Shown: in pieces, positions 26,476 through 47,600 of the stretch
How positions within the stretch are numbered: the stretch's first letter is position 1
Layout: each line of letters begins with the position of its first letter
Source: Psilocybe cubensis
Taxonomy: Eukaryota
Direction: 5' to 3'
Length of the DNA: 64,000 bases
NCBI GenBank assembly: GCA_017499595.2
Contig: CM038998.1
Location: 1,054,001 to 1,118,000 of the forward strand
Translations under genes and position numbers: made by a program
The notes under the pieces: model-generated
What the model saw: the letters and a program-made list of their open reading frames with translations, nothing else
Told to the model about the DNA's origin: nothing
Database searches by the model: none

Positions 26476-26924
26476 CTTTTTATCAATTAGCTGATAGTAA
26501 AGACCTATGAAAAGTGTAGCTATCATTGGATAAAGATCACACTATTTCTGGAACAAATAGGAGGCCTTCACCAAATACGTTGTGTTCTCCGGGACCTTTG
26601 TACGCCCACAGACGATTTGAGCAACGCCAATTCAGTTTGCCCTTCCATCATCAGCATCAATTACGGCAAATGCCATTGGCAGTAACTGCTGATTTCAGTT
26701 CCATTCAGCAATATATATATAGGGGACCTACAAGGACATCACATTATATCGTACGTAATGCATTGTACTAGCAATGCCCTATCCACGAAGATTAAGAAGT
26801 CCTCAGCGGACCGAGAGACCTAGCAATAGAATCATATATACAATCGTGAAAAATGTCCATACAAAGAAAAAGAAAAGACCACGAGAAAACCAAAATACCC
26901 AGATTAAGGAGCCAGCATTAAACA

Positions 26925-32901
<5,977 letters not shown>

Positions 32902-33825
32902 AAAGGTCTTGAATTGACGAAAGCGCTGTGGGAGTGTCGTCGACGTTCGTGAACTACTAGGTCCGCGGACCGTGCTTCTCTAGTCTTTGAACTTTTGCAT
33001 TTTCTTTCTCAGGTATATCATGATGCCATATCTCGGAAAGTCAGACACACATGGAGAACACGCACGACGGGTGCTGCTGCCAATTCTAACCACAAATAAC
33101 ACAACGCATGGAGAAAGCGTTGCCAGAAGTTGAAATTACTACCACATTCTGTACTCTAAGGTGCCAAGGATGTAAGGAGGCGGAAGATGAACATGGTCCA
33201 CCGTTCCGAACAGCGTAAAAGATACCAAATAAAGTAGACGGAGCACAAGTTGGGGAAGAGTGCGGCGGAGATGAAAGTGGGTTTAGGAAATACTGGGAAC
33301 AAGTCTGTACAAGACAAATAGCAAAGCGCACTCTGCACAATGCACAATGCAGGAGATGAAACAAAGCCGAAAAGTAGATGTCGTGCCTGGATGGGGGTGC
33401 GGTACTGAACGTTGCAGGTCGGACCGAGCAGTCTGAGGGAGAAATGTCAATTAGCAACGCGTGTAGGTAGGACATACGCCCACGAGATGAAATCAGGAAA
33501 ACCCGGTATATGATCTCAGAACATGCAGAGCATGCGATCGTTTAATAGGGAACCATTGATCATCTTGTCGACAGCGGACACGAAGAAAAGCGACGTACCA
33601 GACGAGCGACCAAAAGGCAGAGTTGTATACGTGGAAGGCAAGCGCGACCAGGCGCGATCGATGGGAATCGAATCCAATAGAACAGTCACTGGTTGTGACG
33701 TCACAGTCCTTTCCAGATTAGGCCAGAAAGGTAATCAATATCCACTGCAGAGACCTCGACGCAAACCACTCATCCATCTTCCTCCACTCCTCCTTGCCTT
33801 CTCGCACAAGCTTCTCACATATACA

Positions 33826-35676
33826 ATGTCTGCACCTGCTTCTAGGGAGCCTCTATGGTTCTGTCATGAAGTCTGTCTTTGCTCTTATCTCCAGTCTTCC
33901 CTTGGGGTACTAACCTCTAATCGCTTGATAGTGCCATGCAGAGATGAGACCGCTAATGGTTAGTATCCCGGATTCAAGTCGACACGCTTATCCCATACAA
34001 TGCTACTCTTAGGTACCCGACCCTGTATGCGCGTCCTGTCATGGCAGCTTTGTGGAGAAGGTCGGTAATATCGCCTTTGTGCCGTCCCGGGGCGATCTGT
34101 TCAACATCCCAATCCTCTAGATGGAGAACGAGGCAGACGACCCTCGTCAATTCGCACACGATATTGGAGGAGAACATCTAGATGGTCCCGAGGATGGTGA
34201 ACCCGGGCCAATGCCACTGGAAGGCTTGTTTTGTGCGTCATTATCGGCGGCTGACATTGAGTATTTATTGGTTGACCATCTCCTTCTCAGTCGCCCTGCA
34301 AGCTATGATGGATCGAGGTATTCCACGGAATGGATCTCCGAGACCATCTGGAGCTGCTCCTGCAGTATGTCGCTGTTTTATTAATTTTACTGGGCTCGGT
34401 ACTACAAGTTTTAGGTTGCATTTGAAATGAGAGGGCCTGGAGGACGGACAGTACGGATAGGCGGAACAAACATTCTAGGGGGTCCACATAATGGTGTGCC
34501 CAGTTCACGGCCAGATAGTCCGAACGCTATTCCTAACATGTCTACGTAAATCCGACTTTAACTGTTTTGCTTTGACCACTCACATCATTTTCAGTTTTCT
34601 AGGAGGATCTAACCCACATGCTTTTGGTGGCGCAGGTGGTCGAGATATCAGTGGTCCATTAATGGCCCAATATCTAATGGCGCTTCTTGGTCACCATGAA
34701 TTGCATATGCCCGGAGGGATTCCAGAAAACGGACGGATGGGTGACTATGTGTTCAACCAAGAGGGTGACTATCGGTATTCTTATCCCTAACCATTCAATT
34801 ATATTCAACTCTCCCTCACAGCTCTAGATAACATCATCACTCAAATCATGGAAAATTCCAACAGTCATCGTCCAGTTCCAGCTACAGAAGAGATTATCCA
34901 GAAGCTACCTCGAGAAGTACTAGAGGAAGGAAGTGAGTCGTGTAGCTCTGATGTCCGTTGTACTGATTCTAATAATCTCTCTCAGGTGCTACTTTAGAGC
35001 ATGATTGTGCTGTGTGCAAAGAGCAATTTAAGCTCGAATCAGAGGATCCAGACGAGCAAATTGTAGTGACATTACCATGTAAACACCCATTTCACGAACC
35101 ATGTATCGTCCCATGGTTAAAGTCTAGCGGTACATGTCCTGTCTGTCGGTGGGTTTAAGATCTGTATTGAACAAAATGAACATTTCTGATTCTGTACGTG
35201 TCTGGTTCTGTAGGTATGCTTTAATAGCACAACCGGAACAACACCCCCCACCGCCTCGGAATCCTGGAGCAAATACATCTGGCGGCAGTGGAAGCAGACC
35301 CCAAAGTCCAGGGTCGAATGCATCCAATCAACGCGACTCCGGCTCCGGTCCAGGTCGAGAACAAGGTGGTGGCGGCATTTTTCAATCCATTTTTAGTGGG
35401 CTAAGTGGGCTGGCACACCACAATAACTCCAACCAGGATAGTCATAGCACCCCATCGACTGGGAACAGAAGTGGGGCGAGGTCGCCTCCGCGATCAAATA
35501 CTCAGGCTCGACCCGAGTCACCATCGCACTCGCCGCACCGTCGGTCCAATTCAGACCCATTTTCGCGTTCAAGGAATTCTCCATCTTCGAATTCTAATTC
35601 ACGTTCTAGTGGAGGGCAGGGTCAGAGTAGGGGAAACCCCAATGTTCCCGGAAGCTGGTCCGAAGATTTGGATTAG
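33826..35676 (+). CDS. RING-H2 E3 ubiquitin ligase with N-terminal zinc ribbon (RNF126/RNF115-like), multi-exon
   Basis: N-terminal WFCHEC..MRPLM..PDPVCASCHGSFVEK, then GRMGDYVFNQEALDNIITQIME. RING is CAVCKEQF..LPCKHPFHEPCIVPWLKSSGTCPVCR, followed by an S/G/P-rich tail to stop 35676. Confidence 0.92.
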
Positions 35677-36980
35677 TTATTGCCAATGGCGTGGATAATG
35701 GCTATAACGAAGCCAATTGTATAAAACGTTAAAAGGAGGACGTAAGATTTATTGCTCGCGGTGGGGCTGCCCTACCAGTCTGCTAATTCCAGAGGAGAGA
35801 AATCTTTGGACTGTAGCCACATAGATATCTGGCTCGATAGGATTTGCTGAATTTCTGCTACTAGGTATAATTCTGTCTGTTTGTTTTGTGCTCCAGTTTA
35901 CCTACGTCGATACACTACTGAATCAGATAATATGTACATCAGCTAACCTTTGTCTGATTCTGTTCATTTCAGATTTGCTGCGGGAAAGGGTAACAACAAC
36001 CCATTTTGAGCTAGGACGTACATAGACATACTTGTATCGTTCCTATCTGTGTTCGCTTGATAAATGCGTTGGCATTCGCTTGCTGCGCACATGCTATATC
36101 AGGCAACAACGCACACAGCTGCGCGAAAAATAGAACAGGACGCTTGTGTTCCCATGAATTGCCCTCGAATCAAGCTTATCGACGTGGACATCATCGATCA
36201 GTTGACAACACTGTATGCTGCTCTTCGACACGGATATAACACGATACATGTGCTGATTCTCGGATAAACTTCTAGCTTCAACATTAGGTTGTACTAGAGC
36301 TTTCCATTGGGACATTCCTTTGTTTCGAGTTTCGCACTGAGAGTTTGGACATTCTGTTGTGTTGCGTAGTAGAATCGGGTTGATAGCGAGTTTCATAATT
36401 CAAATACCCTTCAAACTCCTGCAATTCGTTTCCGGGGCTCGTGTAGCTCTCGGATGCATAGGCATTTATCGTTTGGATCGAGGAATAAAGACCGCCTATT
36501 ACTTGTCAAGAGTCGCACACCACACCCCATCCCCATTGCCCAGGTCAATACTATATTAATGAGCTTACGATTGGCAACAGTAAATTAATGCTAATAGTGA
36601 CGCCACCAAATTAGATTCATGTTGAGGCTAGGAAACCAAAAGTCCGGACACGATGCAGAGATACCATGCAATGTAAATAGATATCCTCAAGCCCTTGATT
36701 GAACTTTTTTTTGCTGATCATGAGGCGACGGGTAGTCGACACCATCACCTCAGAAGGAGGGCGGTTGCTATCATTCCCTTTTATCACTCCACAGGGTGAG
36801 ACTTACGAATTTCCGTTCTTCTCAAGTGCACGAAATGTTCACAGCAGTTAACGTTAAGAGAAAGAAATGGTATATGTTTGTGCAGAATATGAATAGTGAT
36901 GTGTACATGCTGATTCCCGGAGAAATGGGTTCCATCTTCGATTTGCATTCGATTCTATTGCCTTTTTCCCGCGGAAACAT

Positions 36981-38733
36981 TTAGTTGACGGTGGAGGTGG
37001 TGAAAGGAGTGGTAGCGAATCCGACACGCTTGTTGGCAGTGTCGAAGACCGAGTAGAAGCGCTCGAGGAAGGTGAAACCGTTGATGAAGTCGAGACCCTC
37101 ACCACTGTTGGAGCCAAGGTCGGCGACGATGAGGTAAATGTTTCCGGCAACACCACCAATGTCGGTGTTAAGAGCACGAGGCCAGATTTGAGCATTGGCA
37201 GTCAGCTCGAAAGTGGACTGGTTTAATGAAGAATTAAAAATCAAGTTGAAAGTAAAGTCAAACACCAAAACTTACACCTCCAGCAGTGAAGAATAGACTC
37301 TGCAATGCAGCGAAGTTGGCAGAGGTCAACTTGAGCAGACCAGTGGCAGCGTCACTGGTGGCCTTGGTAGCACTCTTATATTTAGTAAATCCATTGGTAG
37401 CGAGGAGGACAAGAGTGGTTCCTAGTTCATACAATCTTCATTAGAAAGGCTCCAAATAAGCAAAAAAAAGGATGTACCAGTGTCGACAATACCGGCGGTG
37501 GTCGTCAGGATAGAAGTGGAAGAACCGTACCGGACAGACTGGTTGATACCCCAGAATTCATTGGCAGGGGAAGTAGTCGTCAATGGACTATATTACAGAA
37601 CAGATTAAATTAACTTTTTCTGTACTTCGAACCAACACTCACATGAAGGAAATTGATCCAGTGAATTTGGATGGGTCGGTTCCACCTGTAAAAATGATCA
37701 ATAAAGATGAATCTCTTGGTACTTTTTTATGGTAACATACCCCATGTGATCTCTCCGTTCTCATTGTCCTCAACAGTGGTTGGGTTGAAGGAAATGCCAA
37801 TCTCGTTAGCACTGATGACACCGTTTGCGAACAAGTTGTCAGTCACGGTCGGGATCAAGGAGTTGGTGGCAGGGGAGAGTGTGTCCAATGTAAGGTCAAC
37901 GGGCCCAATTCTGTGGTAGACAATGTCAGCTGGCAACCAAAGTACACAGACACTCGTACGTGCCCTAGAATACCGTCAACACCTTGGAATCCTTGGGACT
38001 GAAATGACAGAAAAAATAAGAAGACCAACTTAAAATACAAAGAAAAATATTATTTACAGTGGAAGCAACACCAATGGATTGCTTAGGGATGACGAGTCCA
38101 GACGCAATGGTGACGGTATCAGTGAATTCAGTTCCGGAGAAGGAGCCTGATCCATATGTGACGGACTAGCGGTGCATTTCTCAGAATGGACTTTGAACGA
38201 AAAGAAGGTGAAATTACTTACCACCTTGTTCGATGTCTGGACACTGGTGCTAGTCTTCTTGTAAGGTGTACCAGCTCCGACCCATGTGTTTGAACTTTCA
38301 AAAACGCAAAACCCGAATTAGTCTTCAAGTAGCGTCGCTGGCGTGGAAACACAAACCTTCCGGTATCAATGAGGAGATTGACTGATGTTGATCATATATT
38401 AGTTCTGCAATATCAACTTGAAACCCATTAAACAATCTCACAAGTAGTGGCTGGGCTGCCAACTCCGACAGCTGCAACGTAGGTGACAACTTGGTTATCA
38501 ACCTGCTCGTTAATGACTGCGTCTTGTTGCAAAGGAAGACCAGCGGCCTTGGCGGCACCCTTGGCCTTGAGGAACTTAGCACGGGTCTGATCGTGTCGGA
38601 GGAGGTTGTGGACGCTCGTAAAGTTGGTGCGACGAGCAATGGGCAAAGTCACGGGAGACCTGTCGACCAAAACTGGGTTGGCAGCAACCGACAAAGCGAG
38701 AAGGAGAGTGGTCAACATGGTGGTGGGGAACAT
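36981..38733 (-). CDS. Secreted aspartic endopeptidase, family A1 (pepsin/polyporopepsin-like), multi-exon
   Basis: Signal peptide MFPTTMLTTLLLALSVAA and a propeptide. Catalytic motifs LLIDTGSSNTWVGA and IVDTGTTLVLL (both intron-split), plus YGSGSFSG, VDGILG, and C-terminal GFTFLERFYSVFDTANKRVGFA. Confidence 0.95.
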
Positions 38734-38800
38734 GGTGGACAATCGAATGAAGCTCGTGAATGCAAATATTCGATGAGTATTTGAAAGTTAAATTGCTGTC

Positions 38801-38808
38801 CTTTTATA
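38801..38808 (-). promoter_or_regulatory. TATA box of the aspartic protease gene
   Basis: TATAAAAG on the minus strand ~70 nt upstream of ATG 38733. Confidence 0.55.
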
Positions 38809-41251
38809 CAAGAGTTGTATGTGCAAGATCACATGCAAATCTTTCGCCAGAAAATCTCGAGATTGCGAAGCCGAAAGAACTGCGTAGTAATCCACGAGTA
38901 TCAATTATGTCGATAATCAAGAATCTATGTTTTGGCGTTTCTCTCATACTGAGTTGAGATATGCCCGAACGATGGCGATTCGGTGCTATATTTATCAGCA
39001 TTATTTTTGGCATGTCTCTGGTTGGCCATAAGGTCAGTTGAATGAGCGTATGGAGACGAAACTCACCTAGAGTCGACAACTAGCAGTAAGAAGCAGATGA
39101 ACAGGTTATGGTGATGCCGGGGACCTGTACTCACACGGAGGTATTGATAACAAAAATAGATCAGAGACCAAATTGGAATTACCTCTATTCAAAGCTCTCG
39201 TTTGCCGTTGCATGGAGCAAAGTACTTGGGAATTAGATCTGCGAGTGTATTAGCTGGTCTTCCGGAATGGAGCCTGTAACTCAAAGCTGGGATATTCGAA
39301 GTTGCAGGGCACTCTGGGGAAAGAAGTCGCCACATCAAAATGGATCATCATGGGTGCAACTTTTGATGCAAGAGTACTCAGCATAAAGTCCTATGAAAGA
39401 GGGAAGCTTTGCCTGATTGCACCAATTGACCTCCTGTCTGTCTTGTTTGTAACCTCTTCAAATAATTCAACCGACTAAATCGAGACGAGCTGTCGAGAGA
39501 TGTGAAAGTTAGGCCGCCGCTGCGCAACCGTCTGCATGATCATGCACAGTTGGAGGGTTGTTTACAAGTCACTATGAGCAGCATGGTGCGTACATGGAAT
39601 TTGAGGTATTATAAAATGAAAGGCAACTGTATGTCTGGACGGTTGACCACATCAGGCAGTTGTAGACAGTGGTTGAGTTAATTTTACATCGAAGCTATGC
39701 TCAGAGACCAATTTAGATTCCGAACATAAGGGCCGGTTAAAAAATCTACTCCTCCCGAAACCCTTCGCTGTATTGAAGCATGACACCATCGTAATCTTTA
39801 CTGCACCATCTGTACTTCTTTAAGCCTCAAACGAAAGCCTCAGTGCACATTATACATATTCCAAGGTCTCACGGCCTGTCTGCACATGGGCGTCATTTTC
39901 GAAGAGGACAACGGCGACAAGTTACCATCCGCTACTCCTTCAATCACCTTCTCAAGTTGACGCAAGTCCAGAGGTGCCCACCGTGACCGAACACAACAGA
40001 AACTAGTCTTAAATAGTAAAGTTTATCTATCCTGCTGGGCAAAACCTCTCAAAATACAGACGTCACAACGCGCGCTCTGGTACCTTTTTAAACTGACTAA
40101 AATTACCCCGTTATCTTCAATCTCTTTTCACATACTACCGCTTCTTTGAAGTAGCGTCATGCGCTCTGCGTTGTGCAAATATCTAGACATGTGAAGTCAC
40201 TGCATTTCACTCACAAGCCAGGGCAGTCAAACGTTGAACGTTGAATCACGGTTTCCGGCGATTGGCAGATGAATCATCAAAACGAAGTCGCAGTTGTTAG
40301 GTGCACAAAGAAGTTTGAACCTGGTTCAGTAGCTGACCAAAAATTGACAAACATTTTTTGGTGAGTAAACGTTTGCTCTGTCTGTTCTGTGTGCCAACTA
40401 GTCACGGCTCTTTGACACCGAGCTAGGACGGACAAATTTGAGAGCTTCTTCATACAATCGAACTCACATTTGTTTGTTTAGTTACCAATGCACGGAGTAA
40501 CACAGTAGAAACTTGCTCCGCCGCCTGTGATTATCCATATCCCGATCGTCGGTTCTATTTTTTCAATACATTTGAAAAAGCATTGACTGACCAATCTCAA
40601 TCAGAGCTTCATATGCATACCTTTAACGGATGACTTGTCCTTCAGGGGACGCGTGGTTCATACACCTTGCGTTCCCTCCACACCCATGTATAAAGTAATA
40701 GGGATGAGAAACTTTACATTGCATATGTATACCGGGTAGTTGTCCATGAGGTCGGTTTGAGTTCTTTCCACCGAAAATACTTGTGAAACCCCTTCAACCC
40801 ATTGTGCACCATTTGACTGCGGACAACAAAAATTGAGAGCATATGCATTGGTTTCTTCCATTAAGGGTTATCGTCGACCTAAACCGGATTCAGCGATGCC
40901 GATGTTCTTCGAAGTCAGGAGTGCGGGGAAACAGTCGTTCATGTCACTCATGCACTCGAAGAAGTGTGCGGAAAGCAAAAGAGGCTGTTGTTTATTATTT
41001 ATAGAACTCGCCAAGCTTTCACTAGAACCATCCGTCTAATTTTAGACGGTAACATCAACGAAAGCCTCACAAAGTTGAGCACATGGACCACATATTTTAC
41101 AAAAAAACGGTAACTTGATAAATTTGTAGTTTGTAGAAATCTTCTAATGGATAATTTCAAACAGAGTCGCATACAAAATTAATCAAACAAGTCGCTTTAA
41201 CTGAACATAAAGAAGAGAGTGAAAGACAGGTAATTGATGGCAAATAATTGA

Positions 41252-43176
41252 CTACGCAAAGCGGACAGGCTCTCCTGGACGACCCTCGGACAAAAGAACA
41301 ACGGCCTAAAATATATCAGAAACAGCTTACGATAAGAAAAATTCTTAACGAAATACGCACGTATTTTCCACTGATCTTCCACCCGGGTTCATTCTTGGTA
41401 AGCTCATCTGAAATTTCATCGCCTTGTGGACCGAGACCGACCACCACGTCGCTCTTGATAGTCCTCAAGCTGGCAATGACCGGGGCACCCGCCGAACTAG
41501 CCATTGGACCAATTGCATCTTCAAATTGAGTGCTTGCTGGTGCAGCGCAATCATATGTCAATTTGCGATGGTTAAGGTCCCCTTTAAATATCACCAGATC
41601 CGAACGAGAAAGATGAAGGAATAAATCAGGGGCTTCTGAGTGCAAGTCCCAAAAGGTGTACCCAGTGCACCAAAAAGGATGTTGCTCATAAACCCATTTC
41701 CCTTCCTTTTCATATTGCTAGAAATGGTGTCAGACTCCGGTTACGAATCAAGATGGATGCAAATCACCTTCCAGCGGAGTCCCAACCTACGGAGAGATTC
41801 TCTTTCAGCATCGCTTGCTTTTGGGAACAGTTGACCATAAACCATGGTGTTTAGGAGCCATTCCCAGTCTTTCTTGGTTACATCGGACACAAACCAAGGG
41901 TATCTTTTTCCATGGAAGCGAATCTGATTTGCCAATCCACTTTGAATGAGGAAGTCGGCTGGATATAATAAAAGATTAAACACGGATCAAACAGAGCAAG
42001 AAGAAGCTTCACCATATACACAGTCACAATACAACTCGAAGCCGGCATTGTCAAGGACGAAGTCTATTCTACCGCCGGTCTTCTCGCGAAGTTGCCTGAC
42101 ACGGTCCCATAGACGATGCATGTCATTGCCAAGAATGTTTTTTTCGGTGGCTGCCAGGGAATCTCCACCGGTAGATTGAAGAGATTTAATTTGGTCCTCG
42201 GTCATATTGATCAGAAGGGAAAGATCTGTCGAATTTCCCCACAGGCAAACTGTGATGAAAATAAGGAATTGCACTGGAGATGCAGCCAAAGTGTACAGAT
42301 TGAAAACACACCTTGGGTCAATTCCAGGAACATCAAACGCTCGGCTTCAAGTTTCTCTTTAGGTGACAGTGATTCGTTGATTTTGAAAGGCTCCGCGAAA
42401 CGCAAAGACAGTTCAAATACTGCATCGCTTGAGCGGGAAAAAGTATCGCACTTCAAGGAGGTGTTAATGCAAAATGCAAAATATCTCATCTCACATACAT
42501 ACCTTCTGTCTGTAAAAAACATCATAGTCGCGCCAAAATTTGCTGATGCTGAAAGCTTCGTGAAGTCTGCGATACTTGTAGGCTTCGGCGAATAACCAAG
42601 GGGCGTTCATGAAATCCTTCCCTAAACAGATTAGACACGAATGACGTCATTGTTCTAATCTTGGCAATCAAGTTTCCTAAGGCACACACACCTTGAAAAT
42701 ATTTTGCGATTTCTTTGTTCCACAAAGCAACGTCGGCCTCGTCATCATCGATGATAGGTCTAAGCTTTGCGTTTCCACTCAGGTCAATCATGAGATCACC
42801 CATACGATCAATGCATTGCACAAGGTCAACAACGCGCTCCTCTGAGGATTGACTGTTTAAAGTGCGGGTTGCGTCTTCAATTGCCTTGCCCAAGATAGTA
42901 GGTAAGCGCGATTGCATAGTGGCGTGTGCGAATGAGTATTCATGGTAGCCACGATACGCTGGCCATGGCGGGTTATTTGGGTCAACCTAAGCAATTATCA
43001 ATTACAGACTCAATATATACACTAGAATTCCCGAAACTAACCCTGGTAGGAGTTCGCGGCCAGGGCGCCTTAATATCTTTTTTGCTTGGAAGATGTCCTA
43101 GGTGGAGGGTTACTCGAGAAGGTGCTGCTCCGGACGAATGCTGGACGCCATTTCCGTTTTGAGTTGGAGCGGCCAT
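41252..43176 (-). CDS. DUF89/ARMT1-like damage-control metal-dependent phosphatase, multi-exon
   Basis: Motifs RLPTILGKAI, APWLFAEAYKYRRL, CLWGNSTDLSLL, RIDFVLDNAGFELYCD, HGKRYPWFVSDVT, FKGDLNHRKLTYD and LRTIKSDVVVGL. The last exon AVVLLSEGRPGEPVRFA* ends at 41252. Confidence 0.93.
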
Positions 43177-44601
43177 GGTGAAGGTTTTGCCTGTTACAGC
43201 AAACGTTGTTAGCGTTATACAAGGCGAGTCAGACGGGTCAGAGTCACTGACCTTGGGATGGGTGTAAATGGTATATATTGTGGAGACAAGGTGTATAAAG
43301 CGATGATATGAATGTGAAAGCGTCGTCTTCCGACTCGATATTCGCAATTTACTGTGCCCTCCGAGTAGCGAGTGTCTCAGTTTCGAAAGTGACGCGTGAT
43401 TGGCGTAGTTAACTGGCTACAAAGGAGGAACGCTTGGTGGGGTATTTTATAAGAGATACACTGCCCGTTATAAATACACAGTCCACGTCGGAGTGATTTT
43501 GATATTTACTGATAACACGACATACCTGATCCAGAATGGACCAACAGGCTCAGAAAAGGTGGGTCAATGGTATGTCGGGAAGTTACTGACGTCATTAGGC
43601 TAATCGATTCCTTTTGCTGTGATCATCCTTGTCCAAACGGTTCTATTTGAAATATTTCTCCGACTGTTACTCCACAATCCAACCACAGTCCAAGTCCAGG
43701 CAGGCCGACGCAGTGGCGCCGTCGCTTGTTATCTTTCTCCCGAGTATCCACGTCCCACAACACTGCAAACATAATCTTATTCCCCCGTTCGAAGCATTTA
43801 ACAGTGTTGCACTAATTGCAAGATTAGCTATGAAATTATGGCCTAGTATATGAGAGCAATCGCACCCCTGCGAAAGGCACCATTTGTGATTTAGGGTCCG
43901 TCGTGCTCGACAAAGCATCACTCTATTAATGGAAGGAAATGATCGGCATTCTGGTTGCAGGGGCGCCGACTCATTCCAAAATTAATGCACTGTAAAAATG
44001 CATCTTCCATACCTTCAACTAATTCTCCAAAAGACGGTCTTGACGATCCTGCTTACTTGGTTGACTAACAAAATATCAGAGCTATCTGAAAACAGGACGT
44101 TGAACGGATATTGTCTGCCAAATAGTATATACATGCTCCGAGTCATACGAAAGCAACAGATATCGTTCTTACGATAAGGTTATGACTCCATGGCGTATGA
44201 GTATTCAGAAGTTCATCGATACTTCCCGAGGTTGGCTTCTGGTCTCCACATCCGCGTGGATTGCCAGCGGTAACTTTCTCACATTATCCAGCGCCGGAGC
44301 GCACGGGTAAATGTTTTGGTATCTCAATAAAGTGATTGTTTTCTATTTACCTTACGAGTAATGCAAGTAAAGTACTGTTTTGCGTTACATATGAGAAGGG
44401 CCAAGTACGCGACTGTTAATTACCATTGGAGGATATTAGTAATAAGTCGCGTCACGATCACATGGCAAGTGCCTTGACGCGTTTGTTACGTTTGTTGTGT
44501 CACGTGATGTTCAATGTATTCTTGTTCCAGCCTCGCTGACTTCAATTCCTTGATATTATATTGACTTCTCTCTAGACAACTTTTGTTCGACGGAGGTAGC
44601 T

Positions 44602-47600
44602 ATGTCTACCTGGAACCTCGGTATAGGTGATGTTTCCGAAGAAACCCGTGCATATAAAGACAAAATCGCTAGCAAAGGTAAGCAAGCAGGTGAACATGCA
44701 AAATGTGGCTCACAACACTCGCAGATGGTCAAATCGCAGCCCAACAAGATCGTCTAGTTAAACAAGCTGAAGAACTCGAAGAAATGAAGGAACGATTGAA
44801 TGAAGCACTACACAAGGTACCGCCACCCTAATCTCTTTAGGTCCGGTATGAATCCATGACATATTTGCTAGCTCACTGCGGAAAGCCAGCGTGCTTTGCA
44901 ACTCGAGGTCGACCTTAATCAACGCTCAGAAGACCTGCGAAATGAGAAGATAGCGTCGGAGAATGCCAAGACTGCGCTCATCACTGCTCAGGAGAAAACC
45001 AAGTCGAGCCATTTGGAATTACGACAGATGGAGAGTACATTGGAGAGAATATCGAATACTTCGGATGATCATAAAGGTCGCAGCGAAAAACTTGAACGGG
45101 AGAAAACTATTCTCGAGTCTCGAGTTAAGGAACTGGAATCTAACTTACGCAACGTCACTCAGCCTAATGCCACCGCAACGCCTGGCAGACGAACCATTTC
45201 AAGGGCACGCTCATCCTCACTATCCAACTTTCGAATTACCACCCTAGAGCAAGATCTTTTAGATGTTCGTGATTCGCTAGCGAAGAAAGAATGTCATCTT
45301 CAGACCGTCAGTCAAAAGCTAGCGCAGGCTTCGCAAGATCTCATGAAGGCTGACAATGAGAAGTCGGCGATCGAGAAACAACTTGGTTCTCAGATCAACA
45401 CACTTAAGGCCTTGGTGGAGGAAAAGGAAGAGGAATTAGAGTATATGAGGCAACAACAAGGAGAAGGGAGTCGTGAAGACGAACTGCTTAAACGAATTGA
45501 AGAGGATGACGCACGGATCGCTGCTCTAGAACTGATGTTGCGCGAAGAAGAAGGGGCAAGAGAGCTAAAAGAGAGGCTCCGCAAGATGGAAAATGCACTG
45601 AAGGAGGAACAACAGCGAGGAGCTGATGCCCAGGAACGATGCAAAGAGCTTTCAAAAGCCAACCAAAAAGCCCTTGATCAACTAATTGAGACTCGTCAAG
45701 AAGTGCAACGTCTTGCTGGAGATTTGCAAGAGATGGAACGACGAGAACGTACCCTCAAGGATAAGTGAGTCGAACAACCGTTCTTATGTCGCACACATCT
45801 CATTTGTGAGCACAGAGCCAGAAAGTCTTTGGAAGCGTGCGAAGACCCCCTCATGAACGAGGATTCTTGCCTCATTGATATGGACAGCATGGATGCATGT
45901 GCCGCACAGACTGCACCTTCTGCAGCTGAATCTTTACCTGAACAAGAACCTGATCTCGATGCAATCGCTCAAATCGAGAGACTCCTGGGGGCTATCGATA
46001 GGCTTCGTGGAGAACGGGACGCTCTTCGACGAGACGTTCAATTCCTAGAAACTGAATCCAGATTTGCTATTGAAGCATTGGAAGCCAAATTATCAGCATC
46101 TATATCAACAAACAGCGATCCTCACACCATAGCAACCATCGACCAGCTGCGAACCGAGATGGATGACTTGCATGCACAATTTGACGCTGCCAATAGGAAG
46201 AATGCTGCCACAATACTCCAAAAGAATATTCAAATCAAGAGGCTTGGCGTGCAAGTTCAGGCTTTGGCTGTTATTCTAGATCGTGTCGGCTCTTTTGGAG
46301 TCATGCAGAGTCAATCTCATTCTCAACCAGATGTAAAGGACCTGGAGCAGAAATATGCTGGAAGCGTACGCTCGCTTCAAGACATGGCAAATCAGCGCGA
46401 CGGGTTGCTCGTTCAACAACGTGATAAGGATATCAATTGGGAAAGGGAGCTAGAAGCTCTTCGAGTAGCCGAACAGGATGCCCGGGAACATCTCGAAGAC
46501 GCGATGCATGAAATTGCTGAACTTAACAATCATATTGACGCTGTTGAATCCGAACGCGACTCCCTGATTCTCCAAGTGACGAACCTCACATCAGATCTAC
46601 AACTCGCACAAGAAGAACTTACCAACGCAGAGAGCCGTTATACTAACCTACAATTCCACCAATTGTCTAACATGACTTCTAATGAAGCTACAAGAACACT
46701 GCGGGAGCATATCGAAGAGCTCGAAGGTCGTGTTATGAGGCGAAACGAGCTTGTTGGGATCCTCCAACATGATGTCCGCCGTCTGGATACTAACCTGCGG
46801 CTACAAGAAGAACGTCTGATGGAGATGACAAGCGAGCTGGAGATGATGGCTGCTCAGAAAGATGCCATGGTTGAGGATTGCGCAGACGCCCGTGAAGCAA
46901 GGAATGAAGCCTTGCTTCGCATCGAATCTCTGGAAATTGACATGGAAAACATGGAAGGGAAGAAAGTGCTGTTGGAAGGACAAATAGCCGCATTGAAAGA
47001 GCAGCAGGCAGTCTTAGAAGGGGCAAAGGTAGCACTGGAAGATCAAAAGGCGGCATTGGAAAACCAAAAGACGGCGTTGGAGGGACAGGATGCAGATAAT
47101 CAAGCCATCATCAATAATCTGGTGTCTATCTTCAAAGAGTCGGTCAATCATGTTCGCGAAGCTTTCCTTCGTGTTAGAGATGGTACTGCATCTTCAGAGA
47201 CTAGGACGGAGGACAACAATCTACAGCAATTACAGAGTGACATAACACGTTTGGCTGAATCGCCAAATAATTCTGATACTCGTCGTAATGAGCTTACCGG
47301 GATCAGCGCCGCACTCAAGCAATGTCAAATGGAGGCCCTAGAGCTGTCTACGATTGCGCGGAGCTTACGGCTTAAAACCACTAATGCTGTGCTTTCTGGC
47401 GACGAGAATAATCCAGTATCGAAGGAGCCGACTGTTGATGTTGTAAACCCCGAAACGCAGCATGAGGATATGAAGGACAAACTGGATGAGCTCAAACCCA
47501 AACATTCTGACGCTGTATCTGCGCTTGAACAACGACTTGCTGAAGCCGAAACTAGCTTGGAGGATCTTCGAGCCCGATATGCTACTGCTGTACGCGATCA

